From: Lepidodermella squamata
Lineage: Eukaryota > Animalia > Gastrotricha
Assembly: GCA_047495785.1 (NCBI GenBank)
Contig: JBLDXI010000024.1
Span: forward strand, 248,001 to 312,000
Reading direction: 5' to 3'
Length of the DNA: 64,000 nucleotides
The notes under the pieces are model-generated. The model ran no database searches, had not been told where the DNA came from, and worked only from the letters and a program-made list of their open reading frames with translations. The number at the start of each line of letters is the position of its first letter. The first letter of the stretch is position 1. The translations under genes were made by a program, and so were the position numbers. Positions 51,495 through 64,000 of this stretch are shown piece by piece.

Positions 51495-52478
51495 TCAATA
51501 CATAATCTGATTATCATCTGAGATATAAATGATTGGGTGGCTTTCAAGTAGCTCAATGTCTTTTTCGAGTTGCTTCATCTGGCGTTCCAACCTGTCCTTC
51601 CGCTGCTTTTTAGGTACAGTATCGATAACAACTGAGAGAGTCTGGTATTCACGGTGCAGTTCTTCCCAGTTCTGTTTCAGGCCGCAAATAAGTGCTGAGC
51701 GTTCATCCTGAGCAAAAATAATTATTACTGTGATTCTGGCTCTCAAATGAGCAAAACTTACTTCCGACATTTTTTGCATTTCACCTTGGCCAAAGTGTTC
51801 AGAAACGTAGCGATTATATTCCTCCTCGGCCATTTTAACTTCATCTTTCCTCTTCTCAAGGTAATCCGGAACCTTGCCAAAATCTTTCTTGTGAATGAAA
51901 ATAGGCTGCAGACCAGATGGTTCCAAAGGAAACTTGTCACCTGCGATTTCAAATATAAAATAATCACGGAAGTGATAAAATTAAGAAATCTAACCTTTCC
52001 GAGTGTCAGCGTATAGCTTTGCTGGCTGTTTTGGGCATGCAATAATGGTTTCAACGGCATTTTGCTTGATGAAGTCTTTTGTCGTCTTCATGCCAAGTAT
52101 TGGCCTGTCAGTGTGATTAGGAACTGGCGGACGGTGAATGGAATGATCGTGTTCTTCTTTCTTCTGAGCAATTTGTTGACTGCGCTCTTCCAACCGCCGT
52201 TCAACCGAGTGTTTCTTTAAAAAGTCGCGAGGCTCGTTGACGGGTACCTTTGCGTGACCCATCGTTTGATGAGATCCAACACGTCGGCTCTTTTCTTCCT
52301 GGACAACTTCGGGACGAAATTTAGACCGATACCTTAACAAATGAAATGTATATTGGCGCTGTCTTATGATTAAAATTAATTACTTTTTCGCGGAATCTTT
52401 GCCAGCAGCCCGTTCCTCTCGTGGTATCAGATTGTAAATGCTTTCATCTCGAATACCGTAAGCGGTTGCCGTGCTCAT
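51495..52478 (-). CDS. ENKUR: Enkurin, 4 exons
   Basis: ATG 52478 begins MSTATAYGIRDESIYNLIPREE. Further motifs: RYRSKFR, TMGHAK, FLKKH, KDFIKQNA, EPSGLQPIFIHKKDFGKVPDYL, GLKQNWEELHREYQTL and RLERQMKQLEKDIELLE. Confidence 0.93.
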
Positions 52479-53200
52479 TTTGTTCAAAAATAGGTAGTTG
52501 AACTCTAAAATTCGAGAATGAGCTTATAGTTTGATATGCCATGAATTAGAAACAAGCTGTTCCGAAAACGTGGTGAAATGGCTTTGAAGCATGAACTTAG
52601 ACAAAAGATTTTACAGAAAATCTCAGTAAGAATCCCGTAAGAAAATAAATATGCTTCATGAAAACTGAACGATTGAGAAACGCTAACAATCAATTTCAAG
52701 TTAATCACTCATCGCTTTTAATTAGCCACCTTTAAAGCCTGGATTTAATTTGCAAGGCCGATAAGATATACTGTGACTAATAATTGCAGTAAACTTTCCT
52801 TAACATAAGCTTCGTATTAACGCCTATCTTCGCAGCTGACTCTTCGGCCAGTGTATCATGAGACTCTTTTGATGCTTGGTACTCATGTCCTACTGGTAAC
52901 CCTTTTCATTGTTTAAAAAAATAATTGGTGATTTACATGAGAAGTACCGGCAATGAGAATAATATGAAGGCGCTATTTTCAGCTCAGAAAAATACCGTAG
53001 CATAACGAAAAAACACCAATCACAAATGGTAAACATGAAAAGAGAAATAAATGACAAGAAATCAAACGAGGTGGATTGCGAAGACTGACTTGATGAGAAA
53101 GCCTCTGTTGCTTTCGGATAGGCAAAATGCTTCCGTCGCTATCGGGGAAACAGCAGTCGTTGGCTTAGATGACACCTAAGTGTTACCAACGTTGTTGTTT

Positions 53201-53214
53201 GTGAGCATGGCAAC
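53201..53214. promoter_or_regulatory. Possible RFX X-box-like site upstream of enkurin
   Basis: GTGAGCATGGCAAC has a perfect ATGGCAAC half-site but a poor other half. Ciliary genes are often RFX targets. Confidence 0.25.
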
Positions 53215-53816
53215 CAACATTTAATTAATATTGTTTAAGTTAAAATAATTAATTTGTAAACAAAAATAAACAAATTTTAATATTAATTGTCAAATGAAAA
53301 TAAACAACCTTTTTGTTCTGCGTTGCGGTTTCTTCGCTATTAAGGTCGGTGCGACTGATACCTGTGCTCCGTCTACTCCCTGCTCCGTGTTCCTTCGTCA
53401 AATCCTAGTTGACAAGTTTGTGACATCTTGTATCCGCTCTCCCTGTTTTGTTGCCTGGTCTTGCCTCGTTTTGGGCGCTGAAAATGTATCGGAGAAGCCA
53501 GGGAAATAGTTTAGAAACAAGATATAGCCATGTGCTATGTGCTAAGCAGCTCTTTCAGGGGATGATTTCTGATTCCCATTTCACCATTTTCCTCCCCATT
53601 ACTAGTCATTTATGCTGATGGCTTGTGTTCTTCTGAGTTCTCAGGAGAATTAGCTGAGCACGATTAATCTTATAGTCTGATCATCAGGCTATGATACCCT
53701 ATTAACATGCATCTTTGAATGTATAATTTCTACGGTCTTATTTCATATCTCAATTTCATATTGTATTTGACTGTTTGAAGTTTTATACATAAATTTGATA
53801 CGTGTTATAGATTGCG

Positions 53817-55356
53817 ATGGGTCAAAATCTGTTTGGGCGTCAACTGGCGAAGAGTAATCCGAGAAATGATACTGCCTTTGAGTCAAAACATCACAAGGAG
53901 AACTACGTGAGTGGCCGCATCCATGTCAATACTCTAAGTGAGGAAGTACCTCCTAACAAACGGCGCCGAATATTTCATTCGTCTGAGGTTAGTTATTGGA
54001 AAACAACTGAGAGGAAATGTACTATCGAGATTATTTATGCTTAGGTCTCCGTTCTCAAAAGGCAGCCATTATTCGCCTTCCGAAACGCGGGCCATGTGGA
54101 AGAGCCAGTTACAAAACAAAGTCGTTTACGGAAGAGCAATCGTACTTCACCGACGCAATCGCCAGATGCAAGTGTTTATGATTTCGAGCCTCAATCGGAT
54201 AGACTTAGCAATGTGAAAGAAGCCAGCAGAAAGTCAAAAGATCAAGCTAACTCTTTCCACGAATTGAGATCATCTAAAAAGTCAAACTGGATTAAAGATG
54301 GATCTTGGTTGGCACCTGCTGATAGCTTTAGACCTCCATCTTGCCCTGGTTAGCGCATCTATTGTTTTTAACTATCCCAAAAGTTAATTAATTGCAATTT
54401 TTGTAGATAAACAGCAAACCACTAATCTGGCGATCAGCCAACAAGCTGAAAGCAATGTCGAAGTACCTTCCTTTCGCTATTACTCTATCAGATCGTCGCC
54501 TAAAGGAGCGCAGCAGATGACGAGAACTACCGTGGTTGCTAAATTAACAAAACTTCGGTCGAAGCAAGAACCAGATCCTGCTGAAGATACCAGCGATGAT
54601 GTTTATCATCGTCGTCATCGGAAATCCGAGGAACTCGAGAAGAAAATAGTTCGTTGGGATCGGCAACGGCAGCGGGAATTGGAGTATTACGAATATCTGC
54701 GGCAGAGAGAAGCCCAGCGTAAGACCTCTCAATGGGCTGCTCATTTACAAGCCTCGTCGTCTGTTTCATCTACGGGAGGCGTTTCTAAGCCTGGAAACCC
54801 TTTGTCACCAGAAGGAGCAGTTGACTCGCTGTGGCCAGATATCAATAACAGTTCGTAAACAATGACCCTTTGATCATTTTGAATTAAATTTGTTTTTTTT
54901 CTAGTCCAATTCATCGAAATTCTACCATCAGATAAAGATTTGGTTAACGTGACCTTGCTGGGCCAGCCACTGCCTGCCGTCAACAAAAAAGCCGGATTCG
55001 CTCTACCATGGGGCGTTGACCCATCTAAATCAGCTGAAACTCCTGCTAGACCGACTGCTCGCCCGAGAAAAATCGCATTTTCAATGAGGAAAAAAGTGAA
55101 CGCAGCTAGGGCTAATGTCATCAAAGCTACGCAGCGAAAGGCTAACACGGAAAAGCCATCGAGCAGTCGTCGCAGCTCTAGCCCTCCCGCAAAACGATCT
55201 CTTGACAGAACTCTTTCTTTGCCAGCTATATCCCCCGCAAAACTGCAAGGAATGTTAAAAACGAGAAACGGCGCGTATGCGAAACCACCTGAACCGACAG
55301 AAGAATCGCGCCGGATGTCTCTTCCTGTGCGCAGGAGTAGCCGGCGCCTTCGATAG
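53817..55356 (+). CDS. MSL1: Male-specific lethal 1-like PEHE-domain protein, 4 exons
   Basis: Exons approx. 53817-53987, 54045-54348, 54407-54853 and 54905-55356. PEHE motifs: VEVPSFR, EDTSDDVYHRRHRKSEELEKKIVRWDRQRQRE, SLWPD and VTLLGQPLP...FALPW. Confidence 0.75.
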
Positions 55357-56295
55357 AGAGGGAACATATTTTACTCGATTATTTCGATCAAGCGCTTGCT
55401 TCAAACGCTGTGAAGTGGATCTTTTCGCTAGGCATGAATTTATTATTCAAATTAAATTTTATAGCTGTCTTTCCTTTTACCTTCTTACACAAGATGATGA
55501 TAGTCATGCTATGAATGAAAAAAACGTTTAAAAGAAAAAATTTGACGTGTCTCGTATTTCACGTTTTTCTGAACATTATTGATAGTGAATGAAAGAAGTA
55601 TCGTATCATGACCGTCATGGTGTTTTTCAATTGAAAAAAAACTAACTCGACAGCGTAATATTCTTTCCGACACGTGCTCAAGTTGATGATACATGAAGCA
55701 CGGCTACAAAATTACATATTTCAGCAACAAATTGATTTCTTTCGTTCCTTCAATTTTCCGTCTGTCTGTCTGTCTGTCGCGTGTTGGCCGTAATCTCGCT
55801 GTATTGTGAAAGCCTGGGCACCTGTACTGTGTTATTAGCCAAAATGAAATGTTACCACTAACGTCACCTTGTTCTGTTGAAATGAAATAAAAAATATTAC
55901 GTTCATATTTACCGTAAATTTGAGAGCGATATTTATTGTAGTAATATATGTGTAAAATTGTACTCGCTTGTTTCTACTACGAGTTTTGCTAACGATTGTC
56001 CTAACTGCGCTGTGTTGAGATTGAGCGAGAACAGGCCTGTGCCAGTCTTGTCCTTAAGTTTACACCGACTCGCTCGTGCCCGTAATTGTTACTGTTGTCA
56101 TTAATTTAGATGATGGAAGTCCGCTTACGTCATATCCGTCTATCTCTCGATTAGCTGACAATGATTTTTTTGAGTTTCATACAGTTAAGATTGCTATATT
56201 GCGTGCGTTGCGTTTTCGTTGTTTTATGATGCTGTAAAATTTTGTGAATTTTGCTCAATAAAAACAACCTTGGGTGGTATTCAGTGATGTTTTTC

Positions 56296-56981
56296 TTACA
56301 ATTTATAACTGAAATCACAATAATAGTTCACTTGCTTTCCGTGTATCGTCGAGTCGCTGTAGTTGCTTTCAGTCGATGAACTCCTAGTCGTGTAAGAATC
56401 AGGCGAAATTATCGGCTGAAACCATGTATTGTCCACCCATTCGTAAACACCGTTTGCAACCGCTTCAGGGCTAGCCGGGGCGGTGATTTCCGGTGAGATT
56501 CGGCCGCAAGGTGGCGGCGAGCGAAGTCTCAGCTCTCTGTACAACGATGGCGAAGACTCGAGGTAGTCATCGGAAAACCGGAGCCTTTTTCTGTGGGTAA
56601 AATTGAAGTAAATTAAATTAGCTGATACGTGCTATCGCAATATAATCTAATAAAGAATTCTGCTATGAGGTGTCCAAATAGGAGAAGGATACAATTTTAA
56701 CGGTAACCTTTCAGACTGAGGTATAGAACAGCGTAGGTAGGGAAATGTAAATGTACTTAGGCCGATCGGTTTTCGGCGCTTGTTTCGCCATAATTGACGG
56801 CCGTCGTTGGTCATAGAACTCCGGATCTGAATGATAGTGCTGCGGATAGTCTCGCCGAATTACTTCAATAGCGTCCGGAAATTCAGCGAAAGTCGAGGGT
56901 TGTAGTTCGGTCGGCGCGGGTTGGCTAGTTTCTTCTGGGTAAGCGGCCGATTCGATCAAACAGCAGCCGCAAAATTGAAAA
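56296..56981 (-). CDS. Two orphan coding-like exons, probably an alternative 3' end of the RAPH1-like gene
   Basis: Exons 56981-56757 and 56590-56296 join in phase (PKTDRPK|KRLRFSDD). The acceptor CTCTTCCAG is phase-compatible with the RAPH1 donor at 59215. Confidence 0.5.
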
Positions 56982-57721
56982 CTGGAAGAGCTAAGCCGTT
57001 TTAACATGAAGCGCAAAAACACGCAAAATGTTTCGTATTTCGCAGTTTTATTCTTTTTGCATTTTGTATCGTTAAGGCAAAATTAACTTTCATGATGATG
57101 ATGTCATTACAGCAAATAATAATTATAATAGAAATAATAATAGCAATATGATGACAACTGGGTGCGCAAGATGATAGGATAAAAGCCGTTGCCTTATTAT
57201 TTAGGGTGCGAGACAATTTTTCGGTATTTTTTGCGAAAGAAGAATAAGAATTAGCAGCGCATTTTAACCAGTTACCACCATATTTACACATTATTATCGC
57301 AACTTGGGATGCTAATAAGGCCATATTAAATTTTTCGGACGACAAATTGCAATTTTTGATGCTGACGACAGACTGTCTGGTCATAAATTAGTATTATGAC
57401 ACATCATATAGGTATGAAAACGAATGAATGAAAAAGAACGAGAAATAAAATTAAAATTCATCATAAATTATACAATATTATTATAATAAAAATCGATCGC
57501 AAATTTTTGAATTTTTTTACATCATTATGGTATAAGCAAAAACAACACCATTATTTTATCATCGAAAAAAGAGATAGATTATTTTTTGCGAGCTCGTCAG
57601 AATAAAGAGAGATGCACATGCAAGAAATTGAAGCCGTTAATGACGATAGGTTTCGTTGTTTCATTTCGTTCTGCCCACACAATGAAAGACTTTGCCGGCG
57701 ATTTCAATCAACTAAGACTCA

Positions 57722-60700
57722 TCAGTACTGGTGGTGGTAGGCCGACGACTGCTGCGACGACGCCGCCGCCGCCGAGGCATCGGGTCGGCGGGGCGGCGGT
57801 GGCGGTCGCTTCTTGATAGTGCCCGTGTCCTCGGAGCTGAGATCCTGCGACGCCATGAGCAGCGAGGCGGGCGGCGGGTACGCGTTCAACGCCTCGGCCG
57901 GTTCGGCCTGGTCGTCCTGGTTCCACAGCCGCTCGAGCCGCGCCGCCCGTGCCGACAGCAGTTTGTCCAACTCGCCGGTGATATCGACGAGGGCGCGGTT
58001 CGCGGCTGCTCGGCCCAAGCTGCCGCTCGAGCATGACGCCGGCGAGTTCTTCTGAAGCCCGTTCAGAGAGCACACGCGGGGCGGCGGCGCTGGCCGGTCG
58101 TCACGAGGCGAAGCGAGGCGCGGTTTGGTCGGCACCGGCGGTTTCACGATGATGCCGTACTGCATGTCTGTCGCTTGCTGCGCCGGCGATAGGCTCGACT
58201 CGGGCTGAGGCGACATAGTCCTTGTGTTGATTTGAAGCCGTTGTGTCATGGGCGGCAGCGGAGGAGGCGGTCGCTCGGCGATGATGTCGTAGTCGTGGCA
58301 AAGAGGCGGTGGCGGGGGCGGGAACGTAACCTGTGGTTGGTTGTTGTCATAAATCGGCTGATTCGCCGTTGCCTCGAGATGGTCTGATAGCACCGAATCC
58401 GGCTCATCCGAGAAACGAATGTGTTTCTTCTTACCGATCGGCGGCTTGCTGGTCAACGGCGACATTGGCCGGTCTGACGCCGACCGCGGACTAGCGCTTG
58501 AATGGCTGAGATTGTTACTCGAGGCGACGCATTCGTAGTCGTGGTGTTGTTGCTGCTGCTGGTGCATCTGGTGTAGCCGGTGTTGTTGGTACTGCTGCAG
58601 CAACTCGGACTGGCTGCTCATGACTACGAGTTGTTCCGATGAACTGGCGAGACGCGCGGCCGCCGACGTCGACATGATTGTTGACGACGGCGTCGAGCGG
58701 TCGTCTGTCAACGTTGTACCAGAACCCATCGATGGAGTGAAAGAATGCCTCAGAGGTGTAACTGCTGGTGCAGGTAGACCGGTAACCCTAGGAAAAATTA
58801 AGAAAAAAATTAAAATCAATTCATTGGATCAAATTAGGATCAAAATTCAGTGGATCAAATTAGGATCAAAATCCTCGCTACCCAAAATTTAAAATATCCT
58901 CCTTAAAATTAAGATTAAAATTAAAATTAATTTATCGGATCAAATTCAAATTATAAACCTCGCTGTCTATAATTTAAAATAACTTAATGAAATTTTTAAA
59001 TCAATTTGCGCAATTTTTTTTCGATTCTAAATTTAGCAATTTCATTCAAGGCACGACGCACTTTGAAGTGGCGCGAAGCTACTTTGAAGAGCTAATTTTA
59101 TTTCACGATGATAATGCGCGCAATAAAATTTCAGCATAAGAGGAATGAACCTAAATTACCCACGAAATTGTTTAATATTTAAAAAATGAAGTGAAAAAGT
59201 GGAAAAAATGCTTACTTTTGAAGGAGACCCGCAGCAGATAGGCCGCGTTCGGCCGGCCACGAGGCGATGTCATGTGATAGGGTAGCGTAGTTTTCGGCCA
59301 GCTGCTTGCCGTATTTCGCCAACCGGATGCACATGCACCAGCGAGCAAGGTCCTGCTCGGAGTCGGCGCACAGGTAATGCACGTATTTGCACCGCTTCTG
59401 CAACTGCGGGTGCTTGAGCACGAAGCCGAACGGCGTCGGCGCCTTGAACTTTTTCTGGTAGTCGGGCGAGCACACGTACAGGTTGACGTGTTCGAACTGC
59501 GCCAGGCACACGAGGTCCTTCGCCGACGCCTTGCCCTTCGACTTGGTCGTGTAGTAGAGCCCGGAGCCGCGCATGAAGAACGTCAACTTGCGCCACGACT
59601 TCTTCGTCGGGTGCTTCAAATGCAGCGCCATTTCGAGATGCGGCAAACGAACGCTGATGTCCGAGAAACACTCATGGACGAGATGAAGCCGCCGGTTGTG
59701 CTCGACCTCATCCCCGGGCGGGGCGAGGTAGAACTCGGGCCGGGCGAATAAATCGTACTTTTCGTGCCGCATTTCGAATCGCACGCAATTCGGGCTGTCA
59801 GGCTTCCACAACAGCATGTTAGCAACTAACGACTCGTGGTCTTCAATAACGCGATGAATGTATAAATCCGGGTAGTACTCGACCACAGACCAGTTGCAGT
59901 TGGGTTCAACGTGGTTCTTCGCGGCTAATAAATGAATAACCTGGCGAACTGTGGTTGTTTCGTCGATGAACAGCGTTTTACTCGTTGTCTCCTCAGGGCC
60001 GAAGATGCGAATGCAGAGCTTGCGAATCTGGGCCTCGCGGATTTTTTCGAGGGCGATGCGAATTTTCTCCTCCTTCGCTATCCTTGTCGCGTCATCCTCG
60101 CCGCCTGAACTCGTCATTGCTGACATTTGAGAGGTAGGCGAGGAGTTGACGAGGAGTTGCTGATGCGAGTTGGCGACAGAGCCGTTACCCGCCCCAACCC
60201 CGGCGCTGCCAGTCGGCGTTGAGCCGCTGTCTGAAAAGGCCGAGTCTGAATCGCCCATAGACGCGCGGTTCGACACCTGGCCAGGCGGCGAGGGTTGGTG
60301 GTGTTGCGCCGAGGAATTATCGGAAAAGTCGGCGCTATTCCACGATATGTGCTGATGCATGTGGTGGTGCGGCGTCGCGTGGACGTCGACTACAACAGCC
60401 TTACTCGGCGAGACGTTCGAGGTTGTAGTCTTCCGCCGCAGTTCGACCCCGCCATTTGCCGGGCCGAACGCGGGCAGGAACGTTGCCTGCGACGGGTGGC
60501 AAGTGCCCGAGTCGCCGCTGCCCGATCGAGGTATACTGCCGGAGGTTGCAGACATAGGCGATTCGATGATAGGCGCCGCTTTTGGCGGAGGCACCGGCGG
60601 CGCTGCCTCAGGCACGGGGCGTAATTCACTTTTCAACATTTGCGTTAAACTCTCCAAATCGTTAAGAATTGCATCAAGATCGATGTTGGCATCTAGAAAA

Positions 60701-61073
60701 AAATTGAATTTTGTAGCAATCATCTTTCAGCTAACAATTTTTCTAAAAAAAAACAGAATTTAAGGTGGAAATAAATAATTACCATTATCGATGCAGACAC
60801 TTCGTCGGAAACTATCCAGGGCCATGTTTGTGGTCAGGATAACAGAGGGTGATCTAAGAATAACTCCACTATCGTTGTTTGACGGTTCAGGACTGCCCTC
60901 TACGACGGCGTCGTCAATAATTGATGACGAATTGTTGTTTTGAGCGGCTGGATCGTTTTCAGTCGTCGGGCACGATAGCTCATGCCGAGCGATCGAAGAA
61001 GAAGCGGTGGCGGTGGTGGTCGGATTGCCGGCCGACGAGCTCAATAACGGTGATGATAAACAATTAGCGGTTT
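57722..61073 (-). CDS. RAPH1: MRL-family adaptor (Lamellipodin/RAPH1, RIAM, MIG-10-like) with RA and PH domains and a Pro-rich tail; first exon not located
   Basis: Exons approx. 61073-60783, 60692-59216 and 58787-57722. Motifs: DLDAILNDL; KEEKIRIALEKIREAQIRKL; RA domain WSVVEYYPDLYIHRVIEDHE; PH domain KKSWRK...RGSGLYY...KKFKAPT...W...IRLAKYGKQLAENY; FPPPPPP Ena/VASP-binding motif. The upstream-most exon found begins at an acceptor rather than an ATG. Confidence 0.88.
58807..58981. repeat. Intronic nested direct repeats
   Basis: Two tandem 26-bp units CA(T/G)TGGATCAAATTAGGATCAAAAT(T/C) at 58822-58873, inside a larger imperfect duplication (AAATTAAAAT...GGATCAAATT...CCTCGCT...AATTTAAAATA) at about 58807-58896 and 58918-58981. 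Confidence 0.75.
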
Positions 61074-64000
61074 CCTATATATACGTGAAAACAAAAGATG
61101 GACAGTTGCAAAAAGCGAGAATGAGTAAGTGATATAAACAAATAGCATTATCAAAATAGTCGCCACGCTTCCACCTTAATACAACGCCTACCAATTGTTA
61201 TTACGCCACCTTACAATAAACACCAACAATAATCGAGTATTATTTACGTGGCGAAAAAACACGCGCTCAGCGGTGCGCCGATTGTGCGCGCGCGCGCGAA
61301 CAGGTGAGGATGATTGCGGGATAAAAATAATAACGCAAAGCGGAGATGCGGTTGTTATTATTATTTATTATCACGCCCAGCGAGTGGCGTGTACCACTTA
61401 ACTCTCGGCCGAGACAGGTGTTTATGGCCGGGCAATGTGCCGGGCCGTTGGAGATGGCCTCGAAGAAACGAGCTGTGGGAGGGGGTATAAGAGAAAAAAA
61501 GAGATAAGCTAATTTGCGGGCGACGGCGCGGATCGCTCGAGATAATGAGGCGACTTTTGGTGTTTACTAGCTCGGCGTCGCAAAACACGCCGTGAAATTG
61601 GCGTGAAAAGAACGGCGCGCGAAATTTCATGAAAAGGCACCGAGAATAAGGAGGAGTAAATAACGCAATAAGCATACCTATAATAGTTAAGGATAGAAGA
61701 GAGGTGGTATCATACGCACATAACTCGGGCGTCGTCATTATTTTGACACGTGGTGAAATGTTTTACGAAAAACAAAACAATATAAATATTAATAATAATA
61801 TCGCTCGGGCCTAGCCGGTACAGCAAACACTCATCGTCGACGCGTGTTGTGGGGCTGTAAATTTTTTACGTGAAAAGAGCGACGAATAAATACCAGAGTA
61901 TCCTACTACTACTACAACTAACAAGTCCAGACGCATTATAGAGAGACGGGCGGTGGTGGTGGTGATGAAAAAACGCACGCGCCCAACGTGAGAAAACGAG
62001 CGACGCCGATGGTGACGACGCGCCGACAGCTGGCCACACAACCCGCACCGGCTGTGCCGCCTTTTTTTCCGCATGTGCTGGCTCGGGTTGCCGATTTTTT
62101 TACGACCGCAGCTATGTAATAAAGCCTAATTATACACGGTCGACTTTTGGCGCGCACAGCTTTTGACGAGCAGGCGGCGCAGATGGCCGATAAAAGCTGC
62201 GATGAAGATGACACGAAGCTGCGACTGTAAACCAGGGTAATAGCGGCTAAGTAGAATGAACCGAGAGATGAGCGATACAGGTATTATAGACTGTCGCGCG
62301 GCTGATGGCCGTCGGCAGCAGGTATCGCGCACGCATAAATTGGCAACGCAACGCGACACCGCGTCGCAAAAAGAAGCCAATGCAAACGCGCGCTCTTGTG
62401 AGACAATAAAAACATCTACATGTCAGAGGCAGGCTTTCAGCGCCAACGACGCCGCATCACTTGAAGGTAATAATAACAAAACAGCCGCGCTTGCGACGTG
62501 TTTGAGCGCGCGCTTCTCGTGTTTGTCGCCGTTTTTCGCGCACAAGGCAAAAAGTCGCAACAAAAGTTGCGCGCTCGTGTACTATTTGCCGATCGGCGAA
62601 ACTGAGCGCGCGAATAACACGGCTACGGAAGTTTGCCAACGGCGACATACACATGGCGGAAAAAACTTGTCCGACTTGACCGTGGCCAGTGTACTACCTA
62701 TATACCTGTGGGTGATGCGACGGCGGCAAACAAGCGCACTTGTCGGAAGTTTTAGTTTCACTTCTTCGCAAAAGTAAACAACGCGGCAAATAAAAAGTGA
62801 TACGAAAAACGAGCGCCCTGTAATGGCCAAGCGATGAAGACGTTAATAATTGCAAAAATGGCCATTTCCGCCCAGCCACAAGCGCGTCTCATCGATCCGC
62901 AACTCGTTATCCTCTTCGTCGTCGTCTTTTTCGCGCGGCTAATCGCCTGGCTTCCGATCGGCTGGCCGTCGAGCGCCGATACATCGCTTTCTTTTAATGT
63001 AATAATATTCAAGAGCGTCGTTAAGAAATGCAAAAAAATAGCAGAATATCATTGCGCTTATCGTGCGTGTTGATGAAAATAATAGCCAGAAGCGCAGGAA
63101 ACGCGAGTATAATCGCCGTCGCCGTGTTTCCGCAAGTCACCACTGCTTATCATCGAAAGACGGCGCCGCGATGCCCAGCGGCGAAATTTCGACCGCCACG
63201 TTAATAACCGGAAACTTGGTGCGCAGAACTATCAAAATCACGTATGCCGTTCTTAAAAAAAGTGTATGCCTGCGGCGACCTTTGTTTACGCCCTTCACGC
63301 GAAAAACTCGAGTGGCTATTTTTTACGGACGACATGACGCGCGCGCGTAAGAGTTGATTAGAAAATAACAAAACAAGATCGCGAAACTGCTATTTATCCG
63401 CCGATGAGTTGTGTTTAAGTGTAATAGCTTTTTGAAGATGGTCATCAGGCATAAAAACAAGCAGTTAATCGGCGCCGCGCACCGGCCCCACTTTGTTAAA
63501 GCGAAAAAAATATGGAAAAAAACGCGGCCGAAGCCGGAAATGTGTGTGTTATGGTTTTGCAGTAGAGGTAAGTATATATCGCAAAAATATTTGTTTGGTG
63601 AACGGGACACGCACGGTGCCATTTCGCGCGGCTTCAGAGTAGGCGATTAACTGCACCACAGGGTGTTTTCGCCGCCGCAAATGACTCGCGGCCAAAGTTG
63701 TTTAATCAAGACGCTGATGTGTTGTGGCGAAAAACACATGCAAAGTTCTACTACTACTGACTCATACTACTACTACCTGTACGGTTGCTTTTTTTAACTA
63801 CCGGCAATATACGGCGGATGAACGAACTGTACGAGTGCAACTTAGGCTAGTTATTTAGTTGCGAAAATGGCCTGCGGCAAAAATGCGCGCTGCTGCCGTA
63901 AAAAAGAAGACAGGTGCAACTACATGTTGTAGTAATGATGCGCGGAGGACGATAAAAAAAACAGCGTGATGAGGCCTTTAAGGTGGGCGGTGCTGGGTCA

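Noticed and set aside
58822-58873. CRISPR-like repeats
   Set aside because: These are adjacent tandem units without spacers, in a eukaryotic intron.
61195-63650. Many overlapping 60-170 aa ORFs in this region, and at 22430-24363 and 44599-46777
   Set aside because: No domains, codon bias or exon structure; consistent with chance ORFs in non-coding DNA.

Overview
This is gene-dense eukaryotic DNA from an animal with a very compact genome: most introns are AT-rich and about 45-65 nt, exons are GC-richer, and a TTAGGG-type repeat is present. Enkurin, MSL1, a RAPH1/MIG-10-like gene and class B GPCRs point to a ciliated bilaterian invertebrate, but the species cannot be determined. There are 14 recognisable protein-coding genes, in order: a 5'-truncated TPT/SLC35E-type transporter fused to a polysaccharide pyruvyltransferase (+), SCAI (+), MFSD6-like (-), PKMYT1 (+), an ERG/KCNH2-type K+ channel (-), two tandem class B1 GPCRs (+), Ral (-), UBE2M (+), DDX23 (+), TAF2 (+), a C-type-lectin/WSC type I membrane protein (+), enkurin (-) and MSL1 (+). 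A fifteenth, the RAPH1/MIG-10-like adaptor (-), ends the window. Mobile DNA comprises a decayed Mutator-like transposase and a perfect-TIR MITE in TAF2 intron 1, and a TSD-flanked element carrying telomeric repeats. The strongest candidates for new biology are: (1) the transporter-pyruvyltransferase fusion, a possible self-supplying Golgi glycan-pyruvylation unit in an animal; (2) an ERG channel whose S4-S5 linker reads K at the hERG D540 position, with the caveat that this gene carries about six homopolymer frameshifts that look like assembly errors; (3) operon/trans-splicing-like architecture at DDX23-TAF2; (4) a WSC domain inserted inside a C-type lectin domain. All exon boundaries were placed by hand, and no database searches were run.
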